Shown here one piece after another: positions 30,086 to 40,504 of a DNA stretch of 64,000 nt. The notes under the pieces are model-generated. The model saw only the letters and a list, made by a program, of their open reading frames with translations. It ran no database searches and had not been told where the DNA came from. The position numbers were made by a program, and so were the translations under genes. Position 1 is the first letter of the stretch. Each line of letters opens with the position of its first letter. This stretch comes from Acidobacteriota bacterium (lineage in GTDB: Bacteria > Acidobacteriota > Polarisedimenticolia > JBFMGF01): assembly GCA_040752675.1 (NCBI GenBank), contig JBFMGF010000061.1, positions 2,105 through 66,104 of the forward strand, given 5' to 3'.

Positions 30086-30628
30086 TTATTCCCCCAGTAG
30101 TTTTCGTTTCATCCTCATGAGCTGCCCTTTGATCGCTCCATCGTAAACGGTCGAACCCACTCTGGCTACTATGCCGCCTATCAGGGAAGTATCCACTTTA
30201 GCGTCGAGTCTGGCATTCTTCCCTGTAATGGAAGAAAAGATCTTCTCTATACTCTCTCTGAAATCGGCATTCAACTCCTGGGCGCTTGTGACCTCCACGG
30301 TCGCCAGATTATTCCTTTCATCCCTGAGCTCTCTCAGAGCCCGGACGATGTCGCCAAGCAGGCTAAGTCGATCGTTTTCTACCAAAATGTATAGGAATCT
30401 TTCCACCGGAACCGACAGTTTTGCAAGCCTGCAGATCTCTCCTATGGCAGCTATTTTCCTCTTCTTCCCACCCATTGGCGTCAGAAAGAACTTCCTTGTC
30501 TTCGCGGAGCTTTCCATGACCATACGGGCAGACTGAAGCTCTGATTCCAGCCTGTCAAGCTCCGCATTGCTGGCAGCCATCTTGATTAAAACTCTGGCGT
30601 ACTTTCTTGCAGTACTCCTGTTTTCCAT
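30086..30628 (-). CDS. atpH: F1 ATP synthase delta (OSCP) subunit
   Basis: 180 aa, ARKYARVL..., ending ...IGGIVARVGSTVYDGAIKGQL. It sits immediately upstream of atpA. Confidence 0.85.
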   Translation of the reverse strand: MENRSTARKYARVLIKMAASNAELDRLESELQSARMVMESSAKTRKFFLTPMGGKKRKIAAIGEICRLAKLSVPVERFLYILVENDRLSLLGDIVRALRELRDERNNLATVEVTSAQELNADFRESIEKIFSSITGKNARLDAKVDTSLIGGIVARVGSTVYDGAIKGQLMRMKRKLLGE

Positions 30629-30871
30629 CTCTTTGTTTCAGGTCTGTAGCAGTTGCATGGGCAACGATAAAAAGCGTCGCAAGGGCAAGCGGGCATAGTT
30701 TTCGAGCATTAGCTCGGAAAAGTGTCTCACGCGCGCCGCGAAAAGAGCGCACGTTTGTGCGATCTGTCGAGCCTGCGAGGCGGGCGAGAAGCAAGGGACG
30801 ATTTCCCTGCCAGGAGAATCGCTCCCATTCATGTGACCCATGCGAGCAGCATGCGTTAAAAAAGACGAGAA

Positions 30872-30900
30872 AATCTAACATATGGATAAAGCATTGTCAA
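30872..30900 (-). promoter_or_regulatory. Consensus-like sigma-70 promoter (TTGACA-17 nt-TAGATT) reading toward atpH
   Basis: Minus strand has TTGACA (30900-30895), a 17-nt spacer and TAGATT (30877-30872). It lies just after the bactofilin stop and ~235 nt upstream of the atpH ATG. Confidence 0.5.
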
Positions 30901-30905
30901 TTTGG

Positions 30906-31301
30906 CTAAGCGACAGGATCCTTTGCTGCTCCTTCGTTGGATGATCTCATGTCAACTTTTCCTTCGAAGATGCCTCCCTCTTCGACGATGAAATTTGGTT
31001 TATCAAGGGTAATGGTTCCACAGATTTTCCCACCATTGTGGATCTCAAGTTTCTCCCTGGCCCTTACATCGCCTCGTATCAGCCCGCTCACGGAGAGCAC
31101 GCCGACATCTACTTCGGCTTCCACTTCTCCCCGGCTTCCAACTATGAGCATGTCTTCCGAAATGATTTTCCCAATGACTTTCCCATCGATCCTGAAGGCA
31201 TTCTTGAAACGGATCTCACCATTCAGCGTTGTTCCTTCGCCAAGGAAACCGCTTATCTCGGAGTTTGTATCGATGCTGTTCTTTTTTAATCTTCTTATCA
31301 T
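30906..31301 (-). CDS. Bactofilin (DUF583 polymer-forming cytoskeletal protein)
   Basis: 131 aa with repeated beta-helix pattern: LNGEIRFKNAFRIDGKVIGKI..MLIVGSRGEVEAEVDVGVLSVSGLIRGDVRAREKLEIHNGGKICGTI. Confidence 0.9.
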   Translation of the reverse strand: MIRRLKKNSIDTNSEISGFLGEGTTLNGEIRFKNAFRIDGKVIGKIISEDMLIVGSRGEVEAEVDVGVLSVSGLIRGDVRAREKLEIHNGGKICGTITLDKPNFIVEEGGIFEGKVDMRSSNEGAAKDPVA

Positions 31302-31304
31302 ATT

Positions 31305-32147
31305 TCAACCCTGAATGAAAAAGTTATAAAGTCTATCCAGTTCTTCATCGGAATAGAATCTTATCTCTATCCTGCCGCCTCTTCTTCTCTTGATGATCCG
31401 GACTTTTGTTCCAAGGACCTTTTGCAGCTCCTTTTCGGCAGCCATGATGTTAGGGTCGATGTTCTGAGGCATTTTCGGCTTCTTGGACTTCCAGCGCAAA
31501 GCCAGGCTCTCCACCTGGCGCACGGATAGCGTTTCGGTTGCAATCCTTTGGGCCAGTTTTATCTGATCCTCTTCCCTCTCAATGGTTGAAAGAGCCTTGA
31601 CATGGCCCATTGTCAGTATTCCCCTCTTCAGTAAGTTCTGGACTTTTTCGGGGAGCTTCAGAAGGCGGAGATAGTTTGCCACAGAGCTTCTCTTCTTCCC
31701 AACCCTCTTTGCAATTTCATCCTGCGTGAGTTCGAGCCTTTCCAGCATGGTCCGGTAAGCATTCGCTTCCTCGATGGGGTTCAGTTCCTTTCGCTGAATG
31801 TTCTCTACTAGGGAAATTTCCAGGAGATGGTCATCAGCCACATCCATGACTATGGACGGGACTTTCAGGAGACCGGATAGTTGAGCCGCCCTCCATCGCC
31901 TCTCACCTGCGATGAGCTGAAATTTTTCACCATATTTCTTGAGAATGACCGGCTGAATGATTCCATGCTCTTTGATAGAACCGGCAAGTTCTTGCAGTTC
32001 GTCCCCGTTGAACTCTTCCCGAGGCTGATGCTTTCCGGGCTTGATCAGGTCCACATCGATCATTCTCAGATTGTCCTCTGTTGGCACTCCTTCTTTATGG
32101 ACGGGGATCAAGGAATCCAGACCTCTACCTAATGCCTTTCTCTTCAT
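31305..32147 (-). CDS. parB: Chromosome partitioning protein ParB/Spo0J
   Basis: LGRGLDSLI, IQPVILKK...LIAGERRWRAA, and an HTH segment QDEIAKRVGKKRSSVANYLRLL. Confidence 0.95.
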   Translation of the reverse strand: MKRKALGRGLDSLIPVHKEGVPTEDNLRMIDVDLIKPGKHQPREEFNGDELQELAGSIKEHGIIQPVILKKYGEKFQLIAGERRWRAAQLSGLLKVPSIVMDVADDHLLEISLVENIQRKELNPIEEANAYRTMLERLELTQDEIAKRVGKKRSSVANYLRLLKLPEKVQNLLKRGILTMGHVKALSTIEREEDQIKLAQRIATETLSVRQVESLALRWKSKKPKMPQNIDPNIMAAEKELQKVLGTKVRIIKRRRGGRIEIRFYSDEELDRLYNFFIQG

Positions 32148-32898
32148 TTTTCAATATTTCCTCCGCTAAATTCAAATAAGCCTCTGCTCCCTTGGAGCGT
32201 ATATCATAGAAAAATATGGACTTACCAAAACTAGGGGCTTCGCCCAGTCGCACGTTTCTCGGGATGACCGTACGAAAAACTCTATCGCCAAAGTGGGATC
32301 TGATCTCTTCGGCAACCTGTCTTGAGAGATTCGTCCTATCATCATACATCGTCAAGAGTATTCCCTCGATGTAAAGCATTGAATTTAAATAAGATTTTAC
32401 CCTTTCAAGAGTTTCGAGAAGCAACTTGATCCCCTCAAGAGCCAGGTACTCACACTGGACCGGTATAATTACGCTATTTGCTGCAACTAAAGAGTTTACT
32501 GTCAACAACCCGAGTGAAGGCGGGCAATCAATAATAACAAAATCGTAATTTGATGGGGCAGCTTCAATTTTTCTTTTTAATAGGTATTCCCTTTCCGCAA
32601 AATCAACGAGTTCTACTTCGGCTCCGATCAGGTCGATATCCGATGTGACAATTGATAGATATGGTAAATCGGTCTTTAAGATCGCATCTGGAAAAGAAGC
32701 TTCATCAAGCAGAATGTTATACAGTGAAGTTAAGCCATCCTGATATATTCCCAGACCTCTTGTCGAGTTTGACTGAGGATCTGCATCTATGAGGAGAACA
32801 TTTTTTTCAGCTATTGCAAGTGCTGATGAGAGATTGATGGCAGTCGTTGTCTTTCCCACGCCTCCTTTTTGATTTGCAATAGCTATGATCTTCCTCAT
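32125..32898 (-). CDS. parA: Chromosome partitioning ATPase ParA/Soj
   Basis: Deviant Walker A IAIANQKGGVGKTTTAINLS and DCPPSLG. Confidence 0.95.
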   Translation of the reverse strand: MRKIIAIANQKGGVGKTTTAINLSSALAIAEKNVLLIDADPQSNSTRGLGIYQDGLTSLYNILLDEASFPDAILKTDLPYLSIVTSDIDLIGAEVELVDFAEREYLLKRKIEAAPSNYDFVIIDCPPSLGLLTVNSLVAANSVIIPVQCEYLALEGIKLLLETLERVKSYLNSMLYIEGILLTMYDDRTNLSRQVAEEIRSHFGDRVFRTVIPRNVRLGEAPSFGKSIFFYDIRSKGAEAYLNLAEEILKNEEKGIR

Positions 32899-33041
32899 GG
32901 CCTTCCAAAATTTCTTAATAATTTAACACAGAGATAAGAATTTTAAAAGAAAATTTTTCCTTTTAATTTCAACGGGTTAAGTAACCTAATCCGTGGCCTG
33001 AAGGATAAAGTTTGAGGCTATAACCAGCCAGCTTTTAAAGA

Positions 33042-33057
33042 TGTTCCACGTGGAACA
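33042..33057. promoter_or_regulatory. parS: parS centromere-like site
   Basis: TGTTCCACGTGGAACA is a perfect 16-bp palindrome matching the widely conserved parS consensus tGTTNCACGTGAAACa. It lies between parA and rsmG. Confidence 0.85.
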
Positions 33058-33058
33058 A

Positions 33059-33721
33059 TTAGGCAATTTCAATCACTGAAACGAACGAAGAACGCCTTCC
33101 CGGGAGTAAAAACTCTTCATGTCTTAGCTTCACTGTGAGTTCAGGCTGGTCAAGCACTGAAAGATCGCTTCTGCCTGCATAAATGAATGCTCTTCCATTC
33201 TTCTTTAGAATAGATGGAAAGTCGATGAGCATGTCCGCCGAGACCCTCACTCCCCTCATGGTCAAATAATCAAATCTCTCCCCCCATGCAATGTCTGAAA
33301 GCCTGTTCAGTCTGCAGTTGATGATTTCTACATCTTTCAATCCCAGTTCTCTTACAGCAGCATTCAAGAAATGGCACTTTCGTTTCCTGCCTTCAACCAT
33401 AACAAGTTTCAGTTCAGGGAATGCAATCTTGATTGGCAGTGCGGGAAAGCCGTTGCCGCTACCTATATCGAGCAGCTGTCCCCTGCGGCTTATCCGTGGC
33501 AGAATAAAGAGTGATTCTGCAAAGTGTCTGTCTGCTATCTCATCTGGATCTTTTATAGCGGTGAGATTAATCGTCTTCTGCCATTTGATTAAAAGAGTAT
33601 AAAAACGATGAAGTTGATCAAACGGAATCCATTTAGCAGAGATGCCCCTCATCTCCAGAGTCTTCTCCAAAATCTCTTCAAAGCCTTTATTTCTGCTGCT
33701 CAAGTTCTCGCTTTCTCTCAA
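33059..33721 (-). CDS. rsmG: 16S rRNA (guanine527-N7)-methyltransferase
   Basis: [17 protein letters not shown] and [17 protein letters not shown]. Conserved position after mnmG. Confidence 0.9.
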   Translation of the reverse strand: MRESENLSSRNKGFEEILEKTLEMRGISAKWIPFDQLHRFYTLLIKWQKTINLTAIKDPDEIADRHFAESLFILPRISRRGQLLDIGSGNGFPALPIKIAFPELKLVMVEGRKRKCHFLNAAVRELGLKDVEIINCRLNRLSDIAWGERFDYLTMRGVRVSADMLIDFPSILKKNGRAFIYAGRSDLSVLDQPELTVKLRHEEFLLPGRRSSFVSVIEIA

Positions 33722-35588
33722 TCTCTCTTTTCCTCAGATAGACTGATAGAATGAATATTGCAGCAGGAGTGACTCCTGATATTCTGGATGCCTGACCGAG
33801 GCTTTCAGGCCTGACCTTCTCAAGCTTTTCAATCACCTCGGAAGAAAGGCCCGGAATGCCCCTGAAGACGAAATCCTGAGGTATCTTCTTTTTTTCCTCT
33901 CTGGCAATCCGCAACGCTTCCTTTTCCTGCCGCTCTATGTACCCTCTATATTTAAGTTCCTCTTCGACGATCTTTATCTCTTCATCTTTCATTCCTGCCG
34001 GAATGATCTCTTGCAATGCAGAAGCAATATGGGCAAACTTTACTTCAGGTCTCTTGATAATATCTGAAGCTCTTTTCTCTGAGAGATCAGGCTTCTCCTT
34101 ATTTTCCGATGGCAACGGTTTGAAATCGCGGCTGGATATCATCACCTGGACCATACCCTTCTTGAGTTTCTCAATCCTCTCCCATTTCTTCACGAACCTA
34201 TAGTATCTATCATCGCATACTAACCCCAGAAACTTACCCTTGGAGGTTAATCTCTTATCTGCAGTATCGATCCCGAGCAGTAGCCTGAATTCCGCGCGAG
34301 ATGTGAACATACGGTAAGGTTCCAACGTCCCCTTCGTAACCAGATCATCGATCAAGACTCCTATATAAGCATCCGAACGTGAAAGGATAAAGGGTTCGGC
34401 TTTCTTCAACTTAAGAGCTGCATTGATTCCTGCCAACAAGCCTAGGGCCGCTGCCTCCTCGTAACCCGTGGTCCCGTTGATCTGCCCGGCCAGATAAAGA
34501 TTTTCTATCCTTTTAGTTTCAAGAGTCTGACGGAGCTCCATCGGATCAACAAAATCATACTCGATCGCGTAACCGAATTTCGAGATCTCGGCGCTTTCGA
34601 GCCCCTTGATACCATGAACCATCTCGATCTGGATTTCAGCGGGAAGACTGGTCGAAAATCCGTTTAAATATATCTCTTCAGATGCGAGCCCTTCAGGCTC
34701 AAGAAAGATCTGGTGCCTTTCTCTATCAGAGAAACGGACGACTTTATCCTCGATTGATGGACAGTACCTAGGCCCTCTCGATTTGATGATACCAGTATAT
34801 AAGGGGGATTTATCCAGGGATTCCCGAATAAGAGAATGCAGGGAAGGGTTGGTAAATGCGATGTAACATGGTACCTGCCGTAACGCAAAAGAATCGGTGT
34901 TATATGAGAAAAATACTGGTTCTTCATCCCCCTCCTGAGCTTCAAATCTGGAGAAATCTATCGAACCCTTCTTCAATCTGGGTGAGGTACCTGTTTTCAA
35001 TCGCTGGACTCTGAAGCCAAGCATCTTCAATGATCCAGATAGCTGGGCCGATTCCCTTTCTCCGTAACGTCCGCCTGGAAAATGATCGAGCCCGATATGG
35101 ATCAATCCGTTAAGGAATGTGCCGGTTGCAAGGATCACCGCCTCCGAGGCAAACATCCGTCCGTCCTCAAGCAATATACCCTTAACCTTGCTACTCGACA
35201 CCAGTATTTCAGCTACGACGCCTTCAATCAGACAGAGATTCTTTTGCCCGACAAGAATCTTTTTAATCTCTTCCTGATACTTCTCTTTATCCTCCTGCGC
35301 TCGCGGAGCTCTGACTGCCGGGCCTTTGCTCCTGTTCAAAAGCCTGAATTGAATTCCGGTCCTGTCGGCAATTTTTCCTATTTCCCCCCCGAGAGCATCG
35401 ATCTCCCTTACAATATGCCCTTTAGCCAGCCCGCCCACGGCCGGATTGCAGGACATTCGGGCGATGGAATCTAGATCCATCGTTACAAGCGCCGTTTCAA
35501 TCCCCATCCTTGCAGTTGCAAGCGCAGCCTCACACCCGGCATGACCTCCTCCAACGACAATGACTCTGAAAATTCCTTCTATCATCAC
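33687..35588 (-). CDS. mnmG: tRNA uridine 5-carboxymethylaminomethyl modification enzyme MnmG (GidA)
   Basis: [43 protein letters not shown] and [11 protein letters not shown]. Confidence 0.97.
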   Translation of the reverse strand: MMIEGIFRVIVVGGGHAGCEAALATARMGIETALVTMDLDSIARMSCNPAVGGLAKGHIVREIDALGGEIGKIADRTGIQFRLLNRSKGPAVRAPRAQEDKEKYQEEIKKILVGQKNLCLIEGVVAEILVSSSKVKGILLEDGRMFASEAVILATGTFLNGLIHIGLDHFPGGRYGERESAQLSGSLKMLGFRVQRLKTGTSPRLKKGSIDFSRFEAQEGDEEPVFFSYNTDSFALRQVPCYIAFTNPSLHSLIRESLDKSPLYTGIIKSRGPRYCPSIEDKVVRFSDRERHQIFLEPEGLASEEIYLNGFSTSLPAEIQIEMVHGIKGLESAEISKFGYAIEYDFVDPMELRQTLETKRIENLYLAGQINGTTGYEEAAALGLLAGINAALKLKKAEPFILSRSDAYIGVLIDDLVTKGTLEPYRMFTSRAEFRLLLGIDTADKRLTSKGKFLGLVCDDRYYRFVKKWERIEKLKKGMVQVMISSRDFKPLPSENKEKPDLSEKRASDIIKRPEVKFAHIASALQEIIPAGMKDEEIKIVEEELKYRGYIERQEKEALRIAREEKKKIPQDFVFRGIPGLSSEVIEKLEKVRPESLGQASRISGVTPAAIFILSVYLRKREIERKRELEQQK

Positions 35589-36958
35589 TTACCCAGACAG
35601 AACTTTGAAAAGATCCGGTCGTATATCTCTTCAGAAAACACTTTTCCCGTAATCTCCCCGAAAAAATCCAGGGCTTTTCTCAGATCGGTAAGGATGAACT
35701 CTTCTGAAACCTTTTTCTTCATGGAAGCGTTTGCTTCTTCGAGAGCGGATAGGGTTTTCCTTAACAGTTCCCCCTGCCTGACATTGGTGACAATTGCCTC
35801 TCCTGTTGCTTCCTCATTGGTAGAAGAGATTATTTTTCTTATCATTTTATTCAGTTCCGCCACGCCTTCGCCAGTCCTGGCCGATATCCTCACAGAGTAT
35901 TTGAATCGCCCGGGAATAACATTCTTTTTTAGAAGATGCGGTAAATCCGTTTTACTTTCAACAATTAGAGTTCTTGACGGGATGAGTTCATCGAAGAAGT
36001 GAGCCTCTTTCTTCGTCATCTGCCGGGAGCAATCGATCACATACAGGATAAAATCGGATTTCTTGATTGCATCCTTGCTTCTTCGAACCCCTTCTCTTTC
36101 AATGAAATCTTTTCCCTCTCGCAGACCGGCGGTATCGATCAACCGCACTGGAATGCCCCCGATATCCAGCATTTCTTCGACTGTATCTCTCGTTGTGCCT
36201 GGAACATCAGTAACGATCGCCCGGTCATATTTAAGTAACTGATTGAAAATGCTGGATTTACCGACATTGGGAGAGCCAACTATGGCGACGATCGCCCCTT
36301 CTCTGATGACCCTTCCATCCCTGTAACTATCCACTAACTTCTTTATTTCCAAAGAAATAAAATTCAAACCGTCCATCATTTCGGCCCGAGACATGAAATT
36401 CCCGTCCGCATCCGGAAAATCGAGGGAGGCTTCAGCGTCTGCGATCAGATGCAATAGCTTTTCTTTTAATGGCGCCAACCTTTTTGAAAGTTCTCCTTCT
36501 ATCTGCTCGTAAGCTATCCTCGCCTGGAAAGAAGTTCTCGCTTCGACCAGATCTCTGATAGCCTCCGCTTGAACCAGGTCGATTCTTCCGTTCAGAAAGG
36601 CACGCATAGTAAATTCCCCTGGCTCCGCGATCCTTGCTCCGCCATGTGCAATCTCTTCAAGGATGGACCTCATGATGAACGGGCTTCCATGGCAGGAGAT
36701 CTCGACTGTATCCTCGCCAGTGAACGATGCAGGATATTTGAAGTAGACGAAATAACCATGGTCCAGAAATCTTCCATCTCTGTCGATTGCTTTCCCAAAA
36801 TAGAATTTTCTTGGTTCAACCCCTTTTTCAGGCCACTTCGAGACGAAAACTCTGGATGCGATCTTCAGCGCATCATGCCCGCTGATCCGGATTATGCCGA
36901 TGCCCCCTTTCCCGGGCGGTGTTGATATGGCAACGATAGTATCCTCATTGCTGATCAT
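35585..36958 (-). CDS. mnmE: tRNA modification GTPase MnmE (TrmE)
   Basis: [22 protein letters not shown]-domain GSPNVGKSS and DTAGLRE, and a C-terminal FCLGK. Confidence 0.95.
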   Translation of the reverse strand: MISNEDTIVAISTPPGKGGIGIIRISGHDALKIASRVFVSKWPEKGVEPRKFYFGKAIDRDGRFLDHGYFVYFKYPASFTGEDTVEISCHGSPFIMRSILEEIAHGGARIAEPGEFTMRAFLNGRIDLVQAEAIRDLVEARTSFQARIAYEQIEGELSKRLAPLKEKLLHLIADAEASLDFPDADGNFMSRAEMMDGLNFISLEIKKLVDSYRDGRVIREGAIVAIVGSPNVGKSSIFNQLLKYDRAIVTDVPGTTRDTVEEMLDIGGIPVRLIDTAGLREGKDFIEREGVRRSKDAIKKSDFILYVIDCSRQMTKKEAHFFDELIPSRTLIVESKTDLPHLLKKNVIPGRFKYSVRISARTGEGVAELNKMIRKIISSTNEEATGEAIVTNVRQGELLRKTLSALEEANASMKKKVSEEFILTDLRKALDFFGEITGKVFSEEIYDRIFSKFCLGK

Positions 36959-37018
36959 ATTCTTTATTTTATTTGATTTATCTGACTATGGAAAGCAGCG
37001 AATAGAAACTAAAACTAC

Positions 37019-37678
37019 TCACTTGTCGTTGCAGAGCGAGATCGTGATCTTCTTCAGGAATCCATCACCAGTGCTGAACGTCTTCACTCCGGGAATCTGC
37101 GAGAGTGCAACATGGATAACTCGTCTCTCGTACGGGTTGAGTGGTCCGAGATGGTAATCTTCCCCCATTTTCTTGACCTTCTCCGCCGCGTGCAGCGCTA
37201 TCTCTACAAGCTCTTCGCTTCTCTTCTGCCTGAAGCGTTCGCTGTCGACGATTATCTTCTTATTGACTCGGGTATTCTTTGATACCATCTTGGTGATGAC
37301 GTACTGGAGAGCATCCAGAAAATCACCGTGCCGATCCATGATGAATTCTCGATCCTTTCCGGAAAGATCTATCTCAAAATGGCTTTCATGCTCATAGATA
37401 TTCGCATCGAGATTCAACCTGGCGGCCTTGAGTAGATCCACGACAGCCGATTTTATGATTCCACAATGACCTCCAGCCATGCTGGAGGTCAACAGGATGG
37501 AATCTGGCTCCGGCCTGTCGATCCAAAGCCTCATCTCAAGCAATTCTCCCGTTTCAGGATCTTTCCTTTCTTCCAGAATGGAAAACTTCAATTTCTCCTC
37601 GGAGACACCGTAACATCTGGCTCCCTCCCTGAGCGCTTCGCGAATCGACTTCCCGATGAATTCTTTGCCTTCTCCCAT
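37019..37678 (-). CDS. jag: Jag/KhpB-type RNA-binding protein (KH and R3H domains)
   Basis: R3H signature LGPLNPYERRVIHVALS. Conserved position downstream of yidC. Confidence 0.85.
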   Translation of the reverse strand: MGEGKEFIGKSIREALREGARCYGVSEEKLKFSILEERKDPETGELLEMRLWIDRPEPDSILLTSSMAGGHCGIIKSAVVDLLKAARLNLDANIYEHESHFEIDLSGKDREFIMDRHGDFLDALQYVITKMVSKNTRVNKKIIVDSERFRQKRSEELVEIALHAAEKVKKMGEDYHLGPLNPYERRVIHVALSQIPGVKTFSTGDGFLKKITISLCNDK

Positions 37679-37699
37679 AGATATGCTTTCCCTTAACGT

Positions 37700-39406
37700 T
37701 TACTGTTTTCCCTCAGCCAGAAGCCTCGCCGCCTGTTTGTTGATGAGATACTGCTGCCCGATGCCAAGGACATTGTTGACGAGCCAGTACAAGACGAGCC
37801 CGCTCGGGACTTTCAAGAAGAATATTGTAAAAAAGATCGGCATGAAGTAGGTCATCATCTTTTGCTGGAGCGGGTCGCTTGTTGTCACTCCTGCCATCTT
37901 CTGCTGGATCAGCATGGTCCCTCCCATCAGGATCGGTGTTATCAGCCATGGATCCGCAACGGAAAGGTCTGTGATCCACAGGATGAAGGAGGCATGTCGC
38001 AGCTCTATGGCAGCCGTCAGCACGTTGTAAAATGCCCAGAGAAAGGGAAGCTGCAGGAGAAGAGGGAGACACCCTGACATTCCTCCCATGGGATTGATCC
38101 CCTCCTTTTTGTACAGGTCCATGATCTCCTGGTTCATCTTCTGGCGCGATTGAAAATCCATCTTCTTTTTCTTCTGGTATCTTTCTTTGATCGATTTGAT
38201 TTTTGGCTGGACCTTCTTCATCTGCGTCTGCATCTTCTTCATAGAGACGAAGGACTTCTGGGTCAACGGGAAAAAGGCGATCCTGATGGCTATGGTGATC
38301 AGGATGATCCCTATCCCATAGTTTGCAACTGTGTGGTTATACAGCCAGACCAGAGAAAAATAGAGTCCCTTGGCAACCCAGGCAATGAAGGAGATCGATC
38401 CAAAATTGACGATCTGCTGGAGCCCGCTCCCCGCTGCCGATAGCAACCTGTAATCTTTTGGTCCAACGTACAGCATATATTCTTTTTCAGGTGAGGGCAT
38501 GGCTATGGCCAGATATTTTTCTTCCTTCCCCTCGCCGACATTCCTCCTCTCAGCAAGTATATCGACCTTCTCCGCTGAGGAAAGAGGGATGAAAATGGAG
38601 CAGAAGTACTGGTTCTCCATTCCAGCCCAGGTGACATTGCCGACGATGGTCTTAATATTTTCGACATTCTTCTTTGCCACCCTGGATAATTTTCCAGAGA
38701 CCCTTGCGATGCACTGGCCTGCGTAGGAATAGTTTGTCGGCTTTCCCAGCACGCTTCCAAAGCTACTGCCCCAGAGGATAGAAGCAGGGATTCTCTCCCC
38801 CCGCTCCGAGATTGCAAATTCAAAACTGGGGAAATACTCATTGTCCGGTATTCCAAGCTTCTTGACTATGCTTAGCCCTTCTTCATCCGCAAATTCGAAG
38901 GAGACTATCTGCCCGTCAACTTTTTGCTGGTTCCTTCCATTAACCTTTCCTTTCTCGACCTTCACACGCAGCAGAGCGTCGCGGATCTTTTCGTTCAACT
39001 CTTCGCTTCCCGTTTTGATCTCCAGCGGATAGATGTCGAATACCTTTGATTCGGGAGAGACGAGTTCAAGAGGTTCCCCGGTATCGTCGCGGTACCCCTT
39101 GAGTTTCCAGCTCAGGACCACGCCTCTTCTATTGCTGAATTTGATGGTGTAGAGTGAGCTCTCTACGGTGATCTCTCTTGCTTCGCTATCGACTATCGGC
39201 TGAAAAGACGCTGGAGCATCTTGCACCGTCTCGATTCTCTGCGCAGTATCCTCCTTCGGCTTCTCACTCTCTTTCATATCCATTGCTTCCGCTGGTTTTT
39301 CTATCTTATCGGCGGGAGGAAGATCTTTGGGAGGAGGAAATACAAACTGCCATAGGACAAGTATGGCGAATGATATGCCTATGGCAATGAGCGCTCTTTT
39401 TTCCAT
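37700..39406 (-). CDS. yidC: Membrane protein insertase YidC
   Basis: 568 aa with an N-terminal TM helix, a large periplasmic domain and a C-terminal 60-kDa IMP core (GCLPLLLQLPFLWAFY..., YWLVNNVLGIGQQ). Confidence 0.95.
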   Translation of the reverse strand: MEKRALIAIGISFAILVLWQFVFPPPKDLPPADKIEKPAEAMDMKESEKPKEDTAQRIETVQDAPASFQPIVDSEAREITVESSLYTIKFSNRRGVVLSWKLKGYRDDTGEPLELVSPESKVFDIYPLEIKTGSEELNEKIRDALLRVKVEKGKVNGRNQQKVDGQIVSFEFADEEGLSIVKKLGIPDNEYFPSFEFAISERGERIPASILWGSSFGSVLGKPTNYSYAGQCIARVSGKLSRVAKKNVENIKTIVGNVTWAGMENQYFCSIFIPLSSAEKVDILAERRNVGEGKEEKYLAIAMPSPEKEYMLYVGPKDYRLLSAAGSGLQQIVNFGSISFIAWVAKGLYFSLVWLYNHTVANYGIGIILITIAIRIAFFPLTQKSFVSMKKMQTQMKKVQPKIKSIKERYQKKKKMDFQSRQKMNQEIMDLYKKEGINPMGGMSGCLPLLLQLPFLWAFYNVLTAAIELRHASFILWITDLSVADPWLITPILMGGTMLIQQKMAGVTTSDPLQQKMMTYFMPIFFTIFFLKVPSGLVLYWLVNNVLGIGQQYLINKQAARLLAEGKQ

Positions 39407-39515
39407 AAGGCTTTAGTAATGACAAATTTTCTAAGAGTTCTTTTGATACTTATTAGTCCGTCTATATCTAATCCATATTATATGAAAGATTCACCGTAAT
39501 GCGGATTCCTATTCT

Positions 39516-39764
39516 TCACTCGAGAGGATCAAACCCTCCCTTTGAAAATGGGTTGCATCGCATGATTCTGAGCAGTGTCAAATATCCTCCCTGGATGACA
39601 CCATATTTTTTAAAGGCCTGGATACCATATTCTGAACAGGAAGGGTAGAATCTGCATGCCGGTAGAAGAGCGGGAGATATTAATCTCCGGTACCCTTCGA
39701 TTAACAAAACAATCGCATCTCTGATGATTTTAGCTGGATTCATCTTTACCCGAGTATGGCGCAA
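39516..39764 (-). CDS. yidD: Membrane protein insertion efficiency factor YidD
   Basis: YRRLISPALLPACRFYPSCSEYGIQAFKKYG. Confidence 0.9.
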   Translation of the reverse strand: MRHTRVKMNPAKIIRDAIVLLIEGYRRLISPALLPACRFYPSCSEYGIQAFKKYGVIQGGYLTLLRIMRCNPFSKGGFDPLE

Positions 39765-40143
39765 GTTTCAGCAGGAGCTCATTGCTCAACTCGCTATATT
39801 TCTTTTCTCTTATCCCTGGCCTGGCATTGATAATGATGTCTATCTTGTTACCGATCCGCCCCTTATTCTTCCTGAAAATCTCCCGCAGAATCCTCTTGAC
39901 CCTGTTTCGCGCATGCGCCTTTCCCAGTTGTTTGCTGACCGTGATTCCTAGCCTTCCTTTTCCGATGCCCTGCCCAAGGATGAATAGCGTAAAAGATTCT
40001 GACGTGATCTTCTGTCCCTTAGAATAGATTAAGCGAAAATCGTCTTTTTTCCTTATCCGCAAAGATGGCGGAAATCTTTCATCAGGCCTTCTATCAGGCT
40101 GACAGTTTCTTTCTACCTTTTCTTCGTCTCCGCTTGAGGACAA
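39730..40143 (-). CDS. rnpA: RNase P protein component
   Basis: [16 protein letters not shown]... and [27 protein letters not shown]. The ORF-track N-terminus overlaps rpmH by 50 nt, so the real start is probably further downstream. Confidence 0.85.
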   Translation of the reverse strand: MSSSGDEEKVERNCQPDRRPDERFPPSLRIRKKDDFRLIYSKGQKITSESFTLFILGQGIGKGRLGITVSKQLGKAHARNRVKRILREIFRKNKGRIGNKIDIIINARPGIREKKYSELSNELLLKLAPYSGKDESS

Positions 40144-40228
40144 GTATTCCTCCTTTTGATTTCATCCTTTTCCGGAAGCCATGTTTCTTCTTTCTTTTCC
40201 TTAGATTCGGCTGAAATGTCCGCTTCAT
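40094..40228 (-). CDS. rpmH: 50S ribosomal protein L34
   Basis: Too short for the ORF track. My translation is [44 protein letters not shown] (44 aa), the canonical L34 sequence pattern. Canonical position upstream of rnpA. Confidence 0.9.
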   Translation of the reverse strand: MKRTFQPNLRKRKKKHGFRKRMKSKGGILVLKRRRRKGRKKLSA

Positions 40229-40267
40229 TAGTGATTCTCCGCTTGCATGTTAATAATTGATTAAACT

Positions 40268-40296
40268 ATAATATTAAAATGAAAATTTTATGTCAA
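40268..40296 (-). promoter_or_regulatory. Sigma-70-type promoter for rpmH (TTGACA-17 nt-TATTAT)
   Basis: Minus strand has TTGACA (40296-40291), a 17-nt spacer and TATTAT (40273-40268). It lies ~40 nt upstream of the rpmH ATG. Confidence 0.5.
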
Positions 40297-40504
40297 TAAG
40301 TGTCCGATAAGGATGCTTTTTCTTTATATTTTGAGATTAGGACAGAACAATATGTATGCTATGCGAAAGGATTCATGAAACATTACTCGAAGCAACAGAG
40401 CGGAGCAAATTGTTGAGCATTCTGAGACTCTTTGTTTGTAAGTCATTAAAAATAAAAGAGATTTATGAATCTTGTTTTCCACAGATGTTGAAAAGCTGTT
40501 AATA

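Noticed and set aside
30629-30905. An atpF pseudogene or a known housekeeping RNA (RNase P RNA, tmRNA, SRP RNA, 6S) in the bactofilin-atpH spacer.
   Set aside because: No frame gives a b-subunit-like (TM helix plus long charged helix) translation. I could not find the conserved cores of RNase P RNA, tmRNA or SRP RNA. 6S RNA cannot be excluded by eye, so the region is reported only as an unclassified structured RNA candidate.
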